Source of the DNA: a virus
Length of the DNA stretch: 64,000 nucleotides
Direction: 5' to 3' (one strand)
Virus record (IMG/VR): IMGVR_UViG_3300027815_000006
Coordinates: 1-64,000 of that record
How positions within the stretch are numbered: position 1 is the stretch's first letter; every line of letters starts with the position of its first letter. This document shows, piece after piece, positions 9,684 through 18,190 of the stretch. Under the pieces are notes generated by a model. It made no database searches. It had not been told where the DNA came from and saw only the letters and a program-made list of their open reading frames with translations. The translations under genes were made by a program, and so were the position numbers.

Positions 9684-9932
9684 TCAGCTCGTGAGAACCG
9701 CGCGGAGCTGCACCGTCCCCGCGACAAGAGGTCCAGGAGCCCCCGCGCCCGCGAGGTCAATGGTCTGCGCCGCCCAGGTCACCCACGCGCTACCTGCGAC
9801 GAGCTGCCCGCCCATGATGTAGGTGGTGGCCACCGCCGCGGCGCCTGCCACTCGCCCGACAGCCCGCGGACCTCGGGCGAGGGACAGCGCCGGAAGCGGG
9901 TCGAGAAGCGGAAGTGCAGAAGCGTCCGCCAC
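9684..9932 (-). CDS. small hypothetical protein
   Basis: fills gap exactly between neighbouring genes. Confidence 0.5.
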   Translation of the reverse strand: MADASALPLLDPLPALSLARGPRAVGRVAGAAAVATTYIMGGQLVAGSAWVTWAAQTIDLAGAGAPGPLVAGTVQLRAVLTS

Positions 9933-10886
9933 TTAGATCACCGCCGCCACGCCCGAGGGCCAGGGGAATGTAGAGTGCGTGACGCACACCCTGTCATCCG
10001 TCACCCCGTCCACGTTGAAGGTGAACCCCGTGGTGCGGTTGCCCCCGCTCCACGCCACCATGGTCGAGCCCCCCTTCGGATAGCGCGTGGAGGCCACATT
10101 CTGCCCGTAGAGGGAGAGCAGCAGCGTGTCCTTGCTTTCCACCGGCTCCACGGGAAGAAAACCGGGTGCCCACTGCCCCCCTGTGTCCGCGTAGGCAAAC
10201 AACACGGTGCGCGCAAAAGCCGCACCCCCAAGCCCGCGCTTGTACCAGGAGAAGGGCCCGAGACTTCCGCTGGCCAGAATGTCGTATGCCCCCGCCCACG
10301 GAGCACTCGCCTTGTACGAGGCGTGCATGACGTAGGGCTCAGGATCGACGGAGGAGCCGTTGGCCTTGTCGAAGAAAAGGAGCGTGCGCGCATCCCCCGT
10401 CCCCTTGTTCCAGCACGCCATGTACCAGGTGTACGGACTCGCGCCGTCCGCGCCGACGTTGCACCGAAAGGCCCCGAGGGCATCGTCCGCGGGGAAGAGC
10501 TGCGCGGGCTCCGCCTCGGTCCCCCACACGTCCTTGGTGTCGAGGGCCACTGTTGGAGGATCTGCGAGGGTAGCGGTGCCCCCGGTGGTGAGACCGCCCT
10601 CGCAGTACCCCACCCACCAATCGGTGTTGGTCCCCGGAGGCGTGTCGGTGTTGTCGTCCCTCTGGAAGACGAAGGTTCGTGTGCCCCGCTTCACGGCCAC
10701 CCACGCCTGGGACTTGTCCCGGAGAGAGGTGACCGCGAAGCCCGCGCCGCTCCCTGTGCGTGTGCCCCCGGCCCCCGTCCCGTAGGCATGGATGGTCCAT
10801 CCGGCGGTCTGGAGGGCCATGACGAGCTGGAAGATCGCCGCGGCCCCGTCTATCGGGGTCTGGTTCACATCGAACGTGTAGGCCAT
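9933..10886 (-). CDS. putative virion structural protein
   Basis: 317 aa, AGGAGG SD, Gly/Thr/Trp-rich, tail operon. Confidence 0.6.
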   Translation of the reverse strand: MAYTFDVNQTPIDGAAAIFQLVMALQTAGWTIHAYGTGAGGTRTGSGAGFAVTSLRDKSQAWVAVKRGTRTFVFQRDDNTDTPPGTNTDWWVGYCEGGLTTGGTATLADPPTVALDTKDVWGTEAEPAQLFPADDALGAFRCNVGADGASPYTWYMACWNKGTGDARTLLFFDKANGSSVDPEPYVMHASYKASAPWAGAYDILASGSLGPFSWYKRGLGGAAFARTVLFAYADTGGQWAPGFLPVEPVESKDTLLLSLYGQNVASTRYPKGGSTMVAWSGGNRTTGFTFNVDGVTDDRVCVTHSTFPWPSGVAAVI

Positions 10887-10887
10887 G

Positions 10888-11736
10888 TCAGACCCTCCTT
10901 ACGGTGATGCTCGCGCGGGTGAGCTCGAAGGTGTCCGTGATGAGTCCGGTGTTGGTCGAGGACACCTCCACCTCGTACCACGCGGCGGTCTGTATCGGAA
11001 GCGCGAGGGACACCCGCGCGAGCGCCGCCGTGTTGATCGTCACCGTACCCTCTACCACAGGGGCGCCCGCAGGAAGGCGCTTGACCCGCACGGACCCCAC
11101 ATACCCATCCGCGCCGCTGCGCCCCTCGGCCTTGAACAGGAGCGACTGGAGCGAGAGCCCGTAGACGGCGGGGTCCAGATAGATCGTTCCGTGGGAGCGC
11201 CACGCCCCGAGCATCGCCCCGGTGACGACCTGGGTACCCCCGACCTGAAGCTCCGCCACGAAGGTCGAGGTCGGCGGGGTCAGGAGCCCCGGGGTATACG
11301 TCCCGGTCTGGAGCACCCACCCGTTGCGGAACCACAGCCGAGAGCCGGAGCGCAGCGCCAGGATGAGGTCCGTGTTGATTCCGGAGGCGCCTGAGATGGA
11401 AGACACCGCCGTAAGCGACGCCGTGACCGTCCCGAGGGGACCGGGGGTGAGTGTGACCGCTAGGAGCTGCCCGTCCCCTACAGCCAGCGACCCCGCGGGG
11501 ACGGACCACAGGCCCGCCGTGATGGCGCTGCGAAGGATGAGCGCAGAAGCCCAGGTGAGGGTGTTGGTGCTGGCGTCCCAGGTCACCGTGCCCTCCGTCG
11601 TCAGAATGTCGTTGCGGCTCTCCAACGCCGAATAAACAGACGCATCCATCGCCCCGAGCATGGAAACGAAGGTGTCGAACCAGGAGGACTGCTTGGCGTC
11701 CGGGTAGGGCCACTTGAGCCGCGACGTGTCAGGCAC
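10888..11736 (-). CDS. putative tail fibre-associated structural protein
   Basis: start GTG 11736 with GGAGGT SD; N-terminal TSRLKWPYP..W resembles fibre N-termini. Confidence 0.6.
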   Translation of the reverse strand: MPDTSRLKWPYPDAKQSSWFDTFVSMLGAMDASVYSALESRNDILTTEGTVTWDASTNTLTWASALILRSAITAGLWSVPAGSLAVGDGQLLAVTLTPGPLGTVTASLTAVSSISGASGINTDLILALRSGSRLWFRNGWVLQTGTYTPGLLTPPTSTFVAELQVGGTQVVTGAMLGAWRSHGTIYLDPAVYGLSLQSLLFKAEGRSGADGYVGSVRVKRLPAGAPVVEGTVTINTAALARVSLALPIQTAAWYEVEVSSTNTGLITDTFELTRASITVRRV

Positions 11737-12466
11737 GGGGGACCTCCGATGTTCGGTCGATCCGCACCCGCGCAAGGCGATGCGTGTGCAGGAAATCGTA
11801 GACGATGCGGTAGGGCAGTCCTTCAGCCCCCTGGAAAAAAGCCTGTGTCGGAAGATTTCGCAGGAGAAGAACCCACCACTCCGCGTGGCGTCGCGCGCTC
11901 CAGGTCATGCGGTAGTAGGGCCACCCGAGGAACTGCGCCCGAAAGAACTCCCTGGAGCTCGCCACGGGTTCCAGAGAGCCGGACAGCCAGTAGAGCATCG
12001 CCGCACTCATGGCGTACCCCCGGCGCTCCCAGCGCGCCCGAAACGGCGCGGGGAGGGGGAGAAGGAACAGGAGCGCGAGGAGGGACAGGAGAAACTCCAG
12101 CCGCCAGAAGGCCAGGACCGCGAGGAGCGCCCCCAGCGCGAGCACCTGCGGAAACACATACCCAAGGGAGAAGAGGACCCCCACGCGCTTTCGGTCCGCG
12201 ATGTGAACCGCCTCGTGCGCGAGGATCTCCAGCAGCGTCTGCGCCGGAGTCTGCGCCCGCCATGCCGGGGAGGGAAGATAGACCCGCGACCCGAGCGTGG
12301 TGATGTAGCTGTCCATGAAGCCCCTGTTGAAGAACAGGAACGTGCCCAGCACACGCATCCCCCAGGACTCGGACTTGTACCGGAGCTCCATCGGGATGCC
12401 GTGAGCGCGCAGATACGCCACGAAGGCGTTGATCGTGGTGGTGGTGATGGGGGCCTGGAGCGACAT
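11729..12466 (-). CDS. membrane protein with HExxH zincin motif
   Basis: ITTLG..Y, LAHEAVHIAD, hydrophobic hairpin, WERRGY third-ligand motif. Confidence 0.7.
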   Translation of the reverse strand: MSLQAPITTTTINAFVAYLRAHGIPMELRYKSESWGMRVLGTFLFFNRGFMDSYITTLGSRVYLPSPAWRAQTPAQTLLEILAHEAVHIADRKRVGVLFSLGYVFPQVLALGALLAVLAFWRLEFLLSLLALLFLLPLPAPFRARWERRGYAMSAAMLYWLSGSLEPVASSREFFRAQFLGWPYYRMTWSARRHAEWWVLLLRNLPTQAFFQGAEGLPYRIVYDFLHTHRLARVRIDRTSEVPRA

Positions 12467-12972
12467 TACGGAAACACCGTAACACGCGGAAGGACCCGTA
12501 GCAGCGAAGGACGCACCAGGACGTACCGCTCCCCCGTCGGAAGCTGCGCCCAGAAGTCGTAGACGTAATCCCCCTCTGGGAGCTTCTCCGTGTCCGCGGG
12601 CAAGAGCGTCACCTTCGCCACCCCCAGCCTCGGATTCGAGGAAGGATAGGTGATGCCCGGAGAAACCCCGTCGGTGGTCTTCAGCACCAGGACCGTACGG
12701 TCCGACACGTCCCCCTTGACGCTGAACACCAGCCTGGAGCCCGTAAGATCGAAGATCTTCCCAGCCTCGTCCGTCACGGTGACGGTGTAGGTCTGTGTAG
12801 CCCCGCGTACTACCTCGATCCCATTGCGCGCTTGTAGCAGGTTGGTGGTGCTCATGGGCCCCTCGATGCGCGCCAGGAGATGAAACGCGGGCTGGACTGC
12901 CCCCTGAAGCCCCTCACCGGCCTGCGCCACCACGATGAGGTCCGCGGAGGATACGACGGCATCAAGCAACAT
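12466..12972 (-). CDS. BppU-like baseplate/Ig-fold protein (alternative start 12855)
   Basis: RGATQTYTVTVTD..FDLTG..FSVK..LLPADT..YVYD pattern. Confidence 0.65.
   Translation of the reverse strand: MLLDAVVSSADLIVVAQAGEGLQGAVQPAFHLLARIEGPMSTTNLLQARNGIEVVRGATQTYTVTVTDEAGKIFDLTGSRLVFSVKGDVSDRTVLVLKTTDGVSPGITYPSSNPRLGVAKVTLLPADTEKLPEGDYVYDFWAQLPTGERYVLVRPSLLRVLPRVTVFP
12690..12703. repeat. dispersed palindrome copy 6 (in frame, SDRTVL)
   Basis: read directly. Confidence 0.97.
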
Positions 12973-15184
12973 CCTCGGACACCGCCTCCACGACCACAGC
13001 CCCCTTGGTGATGGTTTCCGACGCCTTCACGAGGAGATTCCCGAAGGTGTCCAGCCTGGAGGCATTGAGGACGTCCCCGAGAGGCGTCGCCCGCAGGTCC
13101 CCGTTGATCCGAACATCCGCGGAGACCACACCGACCACGCTCCCTGCGCGCTCGTACACCTCCTTGGCGTACAAGGACGCGCCGAAAGCCCTGCGTCGCA
13201 GAAGGGCATCGACGCTGGCGGTGACCGCCGCAACGGTACCGGACAGCGACACACCCGCGCGGACACGTACCCGGAGATAGAGCGACGCCCGAACCAAAGC
13301 ACCGGCTCCGGAAACCACCACCACCGTCTGCGTGACCTCCTTGATACCCGTCAAGTAGCTTTTCAGGGCTTGCTGGAGCGCGACGGGGGGCGCGACATAG
13401 AACCCCCCAGCATCCACGGACAGGATGGACACGTTGACCACGTTGGCGCTGGAGGCGTCCGCGAGGAAGGAGTCCACGTAGCTCTTGATGGTGTTGAGCT
13501 GGGTCGCCAGCTCCGTCCGACGGGGCCCGCTGTCCGAGATGACCGTGGTGTTGATCGTCTGGAGCGCGAGCTCCAAACCCGTATACGTCGGGGTGTAGGT
13601 GCCTACCGCAATCGCAATGAGATCCCGGTGATAGGCGGCCTGCGCCAGAGGAGCGCCCGCGATGGAAGGAACGGCGGTGAGCCCTAGTTGGGCCGTGATG
13701 GCGTCGCGGATGGCGCCTAGCGATGTGATGGAGGCGTCGGACGCCCCCACAACGGCGGAGGCGGAGCTGGAGAGCGTAGCCGCCACCGCGAGGAGATTGT
13801 TCAACGACAGGAGGAGGGCGTCCTTGGTCGCCGTGGTGAGGGTGTTGGTCCCTCCCGTGGCGATGCCCTGGATGGTGGTGCGCACCGCCGTGGCCTGGGT
13901 CACGGCGTCCGTCGCGCTCGTAGCGATGCCCTGTGCCTGCCCGCGAATGCCCCGCTCCGCGGTGAGGACGGCTTCCACCGCAGGAACCTGCACCGAGGTC
14001 ACCCCGGCCATGGCGTCGAGGAGGGTCTGAATGGAGGCGGCTGCACTCCTGAGCTGGTTGGCGTACCCACGCGCGAGGCCGAGTTGCGTGTTGGTGTCTG
14101 CGATCACCGCGTCGAACACGGCCAGAACAGCCTGCACATACGCGGTCATGGCCGCGTCGTCCTCTACCGAACGCACGACCGAGGCCGTAGACACGGCAAC
14201 GCGGCCCGCCGCCGGATCCGAAAACGCATCTGAGAGCGCCGCATAGTCCGGGGCGGTGACCGCCGAGACGTGCGCCTTGAACACCCTGGAGGCGTTCGCC
14301 ACCACCGAAGCCAGCGCCTCGGTGTCATCCCCGGGGGTACTACCCTTCGGGTTCGTGATCGTAGGGATGACCTGGACCCCAGCGACCGTCACCGGGCTCA
14401 CAAGATCCTGCAAGGTGTTGGCGGGCACCTGCCCCGCGCGTCCTCGGGTCTGGACGTAGGTAACCTCAATCGTGGCGTTGACCCCGGGGATCGCGCCGAT
14501 GGCCCCGTTGCCGAACCGCACCATCGGGGGATCCCCCGCAGCGTCGCACTCGAAGGCCGTGGTATCCCCGAAGCGCAGGTAATCGGTCTCCGTGTAGGGC
14601 GTGCCGTTCACCTTCACCCCCACCGAGCCCTGCACCAGCAAAGCCGTGTCCGTCAGCCTGCGAAGCGCATACTGCTGCCACGCCTCCCCGTCCCCCGTGA
14701 AGGTCTCGGAGAACGTCTCCCCCTGGTAGACAGGCACGGTCTTGGTCGCCGCACTCCCAGTCTCCGCCGCGAGGAAGGTCACGGCCTGCGCCGTCTCGAA
14801 AATGATCCCCGCGCTCCCTCGTAGCTGCGTACCTTTCGGAAAGGTCACCGCGAAGGCGAGCACCGCGGGGATGGAGACAGTGACCTCTGCCGTGGAGGGT
14901 AATGCAGCCTTGGGCTTGTACCCTAGCTGCCGCGCGAGGAGAGTGATGGCCCGCCGTGTGCGCGCAGTAGACAGGTAGTTGTTGGTGGCGCGCGTGTCGA
15001 GGTAGTACGAGAGTTGGTCGAGCCCCGCGGCCACGAGGTCCATGAGGACGACACCGAGCCCCGTGACCGAGAAGTCATCGAAATCCGCGGCGTACTCAGC
15101 CTGCACGCGCTCCATGATGCGCGCCAGATGCGTGTGGAAGTCCGCCCCGGTGTACTTCGCAGTGGTGAGCTCCCTCGGTGTCAC
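12962..15184 (-). CDS. baseplate wedge protein (T4 gp6 / gpJ-like)
   Basis: YT..DF, YLSTA..R.AI..LARQLGY, RFGNG..G.IP, AVTAPDY motifs. Confidence 0.9.
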   Translation of the reverse strand: MTPRELTTAKYTGADFHTHLARIMERVQAEYAADFDDFSVTGLGVVLMDLVAAGLDQLSYYLDTRATNNYLSTARTRRAITLLARQLGYKPKAALPSTAEVTVSIPAVLAFAVTFPKGTQLRGSAGIIFETAQAVTFLAAETGSAATKTVPVYQGETFSETFTGDGEAWQQYALRRLTDTALLVQGSVGVKVNGTPYTETDYLRFGDTTAFECDAAGDPPMVRFGNGAIGAIPGVNATIEVTYVQTRGRAGQVPANTLQDLVSPVTVAGVQVIPTITNPKGSTPGDDTEALASVVANASRVFKAHVSAVTAPDYAALSDAFSDPAAGRVAVSTASVVRSVEDDAAMTAYVQAVLAVFDAVIADTNTQLGLARGYANQLRSAAASIQTLLDAMAGVTSVQVPAVEAVLTAERGIRGQAQGIATSATDAVTQATAVRTTIQGIATGGTNTLTTATKDALLLSLNNLLAVAATLSSSASAVVGASDASITSLGAIRDAITAQLGLTAVPSIAGAPLAQAAYHRDLIAIAVGTYTPTYTGLELALQTINTTVISDSGPRRTELATQLNTIKSYVDSFLADASSANVVNVSILSVDAGGFYVAPPVALQQALKSYLTGIKEVTQTVVVVSGAGALVRASLYLRVRVRAGVSLSGTVAAVTASVDALLRRRAFGASLYAKEVYERAGSVVGVVSADVRINGDLRATPLGDVLNASRLDTFGNLLVKASETITKGAVVVEAVSEDVA

Positions 15185-15567
15185 GGCGTGGCTCCGAGGG
15201 TGAGAGAGGCCGAGCTGGAGGTGCCCGTGGCCCGCACCACGTACTCAACGTCCACCGTGACTGTCGCCGCGTCACGATCCCGAGACACCTGAACATCCGT
15301 TAGCTGCACGCGGGGCTCGTAGCGCCCGACCACAGAGAGAAGCTCCGTGCGCACGAGCTCCCCCAGGAGCGCGTCGTTGTTCTCGTGCACCAGGGCGAAC
15401 AGCCGCGTGCCTAGCTCCGGGCGCATCGTGCGCTCCCCCACCGCCGTGAGCATGAGCTGAACGAGGGCGTCGTGGATGAGCGCGTCGTCCGATGCCCCCT
15501 CGGGGAACCCAGAGGTCCCCCTACGGAAGGGAAAGGCAAAGCCTCGGACGTGGCGCGTTACGGCCAT
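15181..15567 (-). CDS. baseplate wedge subunit gp25/gpW-like
   Basis: GFAFPF, LT..GER.MRPELG, RYEPRV. Confidence 0.92.
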   Translation of the reverse strand: MAVTRHVRGFAFPFRRGTSGFPEGASDDALIHDALVQLMLTAVGERTMRPELGTRLFALVHENNDALLGELVRTELLSVVGRYEPRVQLTDVQVSRDRDAATVTVDVEYVVRATGTSSSASLTLGATP

Positions 15568-15604
15568 GACGCCAGCCTACCATGGAGCCCCCGGAACGGA
15601 AGCC

Positions 15605-16489
15605 TCACGGGACCTTGACCCCCGGAGAGAGGAGCGAAGGGGTGGGTGGTATCGTCGGAGGCCCTGTGTTCGGCGTCCCCGTCGGGTGGGTATGCGTGGC
15701 GAGCCACTGCACGAGGGAATCCCCCCGCGGGACGGGGTGGTTACCCCCGTTCCCGAGGATTACGGAGGAAGCCGCCACCTCCACCGTGGGCGCGGTGAGC
15801 TTCACGGCCTGCGGGGAGGTGACCTCCACCTTTCCCCTGGAAAGCGAGACCTTGGTACCCCCAGGGTGCTCGATGAGCACCGTCTCCGCCGTCACGTCCA
15901 CCCGGACCTTGTAGCCGCCGAACACCGATAGCTGGAAGCTGCCGTCGGGATCGAAGGCGATTTTGGAGGTCTTCCCTGTGGCGCGGTCGGCGGACTTCTT
16001 CGGGTCCGTACGGTAAGCATCTCCTGGATCCGAGGCGTGCCATGTGAGCGACACCCGCTCGCCCCCCACCGTATCGTCGAAGAGGAGCGCGTGCCCCCCG
16101 CGGGTCACAAAGCCCCGCCGCCTCGGGACGGGGCTACCGCGCTGCGTGGTGTCGTAGGCGAACTCCGCGGGGAGTGCGTTCCGGGTGTGCCAGCCCCCCA
16201 GCCAGATCGAAGGGTTGTCCACGTCCCCGTTCTCGAAGCCCACCCGTACAAGATCCCCCATCTCGGGCGGCCAGAACAGGCCGCGGCCCTGGGAAGCCCC
16301 GAGGAAGGCCGGATCCACCCAGACCGTGAGGGGACGCTGCTGTCCAGCGCCAGGGATGAGCACCTGCACCCTCCCGCGCATTTCCGGATCCGCCGTGGAG
16401 GTCACCTCCCCCCGGTAGACCGCGTAGTACCGGGAGGCCGTGGTCTCCAGCCCGAAGATGCGCGTCCGACGGACGAACTCCGCGACCAC
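15605..16489 (-). CDS. baseplate spike gp5/gpV-like (OB-fold)
   Basis: YRGEVT..DPE.RGRVQV, G.FWPPE.GD.V.VGFENGD, C-terminal THTH metal-binding tip. Confidence 0.9.
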   Translation of the reverse strand: MVAEFVRRTRIFGLETTASRYYAVYRGEVTSTADPEMRGRVQVLIPGAGQQRPLTVWVDPAFLGASQGRGLFWPPEMGDLVRVGFENGDVDNPSIWLGGWHTRNALPAEFAYDTTQRGSPVPRRRGFVTRGGHALLFDDTVGGERVSLTWHASDPGDAYRTDPKKSADRATGKTSKIAFDPDGSFQLSVFGGYKVRVDVTAETVLIEHPGGTKVSLSRGKVEVTSPQAVKLTAPTVEVAASSVILGNGGNHPVPRGDSLVQWLATHTHPTGTPNTGPPTIPPTPSLLSPGVKVP

Positions 16490-17868
16490 TAGAGTCCCCC
16501 GAAAAGCCCGCCCGCGGAGGGCGAAACGTCCACAAGGTCATCTCCCAGAAGCGCCGTAACCCGAGGGGACGCCGCCCCGATGTTGGCAAGGCCGAGCGCC
16601 TGGACAGCGCGCTCCAGTACCCTGTCCACCTGACTGACCATGGTTAGTCGTGTTGTAGCCCCGCCCCCAACGGTGTGCGTCACATCGAAGATGAGGTACT
16701 CCCCCGTCAGCTTCGCGCCCAGCCCTTGTACGGTCACGACCTCCCCGGGCATGATGTCGGGGATACCGATGGATTCGATCTCCAGCTTGATCCCCTCGAT
16801 GGACTGCCGCGCCTCCCACTCTGCGTGGGCCTGAGCCTCCGAACGCGCGTTGGCCGCATCTCCCGGTAGGAACTGGGGCCCTTGGGTATTGTCCGCACTG
16901 GGACCGGGCGCGGTGTTCGAGGGCGCCTGCGCCAAAGTGGTCCTCCCCGTCCGCGAAGGTCGGACCGTACGGTCCGATACCTCGGCGGGCGTAACCGCCC
17001 CCGTTCCGCTGTCAATGCTTCTCCGCTGCGTGCCCAGCGTCGGCGGCGTCGACAGGTAGACTCCCAGGGTGGGACTGGAGGCGGACAGGATCGGATAGAC
17101 GTTCCGGCTCCCGCCCATACGCCCCTCGGGAAAGTACCCCAGCGCGAAGGTGCGTCTGGGGCGGACCGTAGCGCTGATACTCATGGGGAGCACCTTGAGC
17201 GCGGCCCCCACGATCACGAAGTAACACCGGGCCTCCCAGAGGAGCTGCGTGATAATCTGCCAGTCCGTCCGCGGCCCTTGTGAGAAGCCCAACACGTCGT
17301 GAAAAAGAGCACGGTACGCCACGGAGCCGGGTCCCTCCAGGCGCACATCCCGGTCGTCTAGCTTGAGAGGGGATGGATGCGCGGGATCGGGACCACGAAG
17401 AAGCTCCGCGACAATCTCCGCGCGGGAGCCCGCCAGCGTACGAAGGCCCCCGGTGGTGTTGTAACTGAAGCGCGGAATCCCCTGCGCGTTCAAGGTCACG
17501 GACACCTCCTCCCCGAGCTGCACCTCCGGCTTCAGGATGAGGCCCTGAAACGGCTGGGAGAGGATGGCTTGTGCGGGAGAAGAATTCTTGTACCCGAACT
17601 GCACCTCCAGCATGGATTGACTCGCCCAGTCCATGATGGGGCTGTCCAGGAGCGCCAACGCATCCCCGTAGGGAGGCGTGATCTGCGCCGTGATGATCGG
17701 GACGTTGCCCAGGTTGAGCTTGACCGTGACCTCTGAAAGGAAGGGCCTGTCTTGGTGACGCCCACCCGGAGACGCCTGCGCATCCAGCCAGAAGGGGAAG
17801 CGGTCCCCGTCGCGCGTACGAATGACCGCGGACAGGAACACTCCGGAGGCGTCGTAGTTCACAGGCAC
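16489..17868 (-). CDS. baseplate hub (gp27 / late control D-like)
   Basis: EVQFGY, Q..RTDWQII, IGIPDIMPG.VV.V.GLG.KL.GEY.I.DVTH. Confidence 0.85.
   Translation of the reverse strand: MPVNYDASGVFLSAVIRTRDGDRFPFWLDAQASPGGRHQDRPFLSEVTVKLNLGNVPIITAQITPPYGDALALLDSPIMDWASQSMLEVQFGYKNSSPAQAILSQPFQGLILKPEVQLGEEVSVTLNAQGIPRFSYNTTGGLRTLAGSRAEIVAELLRGPDPAHPSPLKLDDRDVRLEGPGSVAYRALFHDVLGFSQGPRTDWQIITQLLWEARCYFVIVGAALKVLPMSISATVRPRRTFALGYFPEGRMGGSRNVYPILSASSPTLGVYLSTPPTLGTQRRSIDSGTGAVTPAEVSDRTVRPSRTGRTTLAQAPSNTAPGPSADNTQGPQFLPGDAANARSEAQAHAEWEARQSIEGIKLEIESIGIPDIMPGEVVTVQGLGAKLTGEYLIFDVTHTVGGGATTRLTMVSQVDRVLERAVQALGLANIGAASPRVTALLGDDLVDVSPSAGGLFGGL
16962..16975. repeat. dispersed palindrome copy 7 (in frame, SDRTVR; 18-bp perfect)
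   Basis: read directly. Confidence 0.97.
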
Positions 17869-17869
17869 T

Positions 17870-18190
17870 CTACGCCCTCCGTGCGAGCAGCGTGGTGAAA
17901 AGCTCCTGCGTCACGTACTGCGGGGAGGGGATGCGTAGCGTTCTGCCGGAGAACATCTCCGAGACAGGAAGCTGAAACTCGTTGGCGGCGGCGATCACCC
18001 ACCAGAGCACCGCGTCCCCGTAGAATCGGTACGCTAGTACGTCCAGGCGGTCCCCGTCCGAGACGACGTAGGACAGGTCGTCCGCCCGGTTGGGGAACAC
18101 AGGCACGTCCCCAAGCTCAAACACCTCCGTACCCTGGAGGTCCAGGAGAGACGTGAGACGCAGCCGACTCCAGCGGTGAACGCTTGTCAT
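17870..18190 (-). CDS. LysM-like baseplate protein (gp53/tail X-like)
   Basis: YVVSDGDRLDVLAYRFYGDAVLWWVIAAAN...LRIP. Confidence 0.9.
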   Translation of the reverse strand: MTSVHRWSRLRLTSLLDLQGTEVFELGDVPVFPNRADDLSYVVSDGDRLDVLAYRFYGDAVLWWVIAAANEFQLPVSEMFSGRTLRIPSPQYVTQELFTTLLARRA

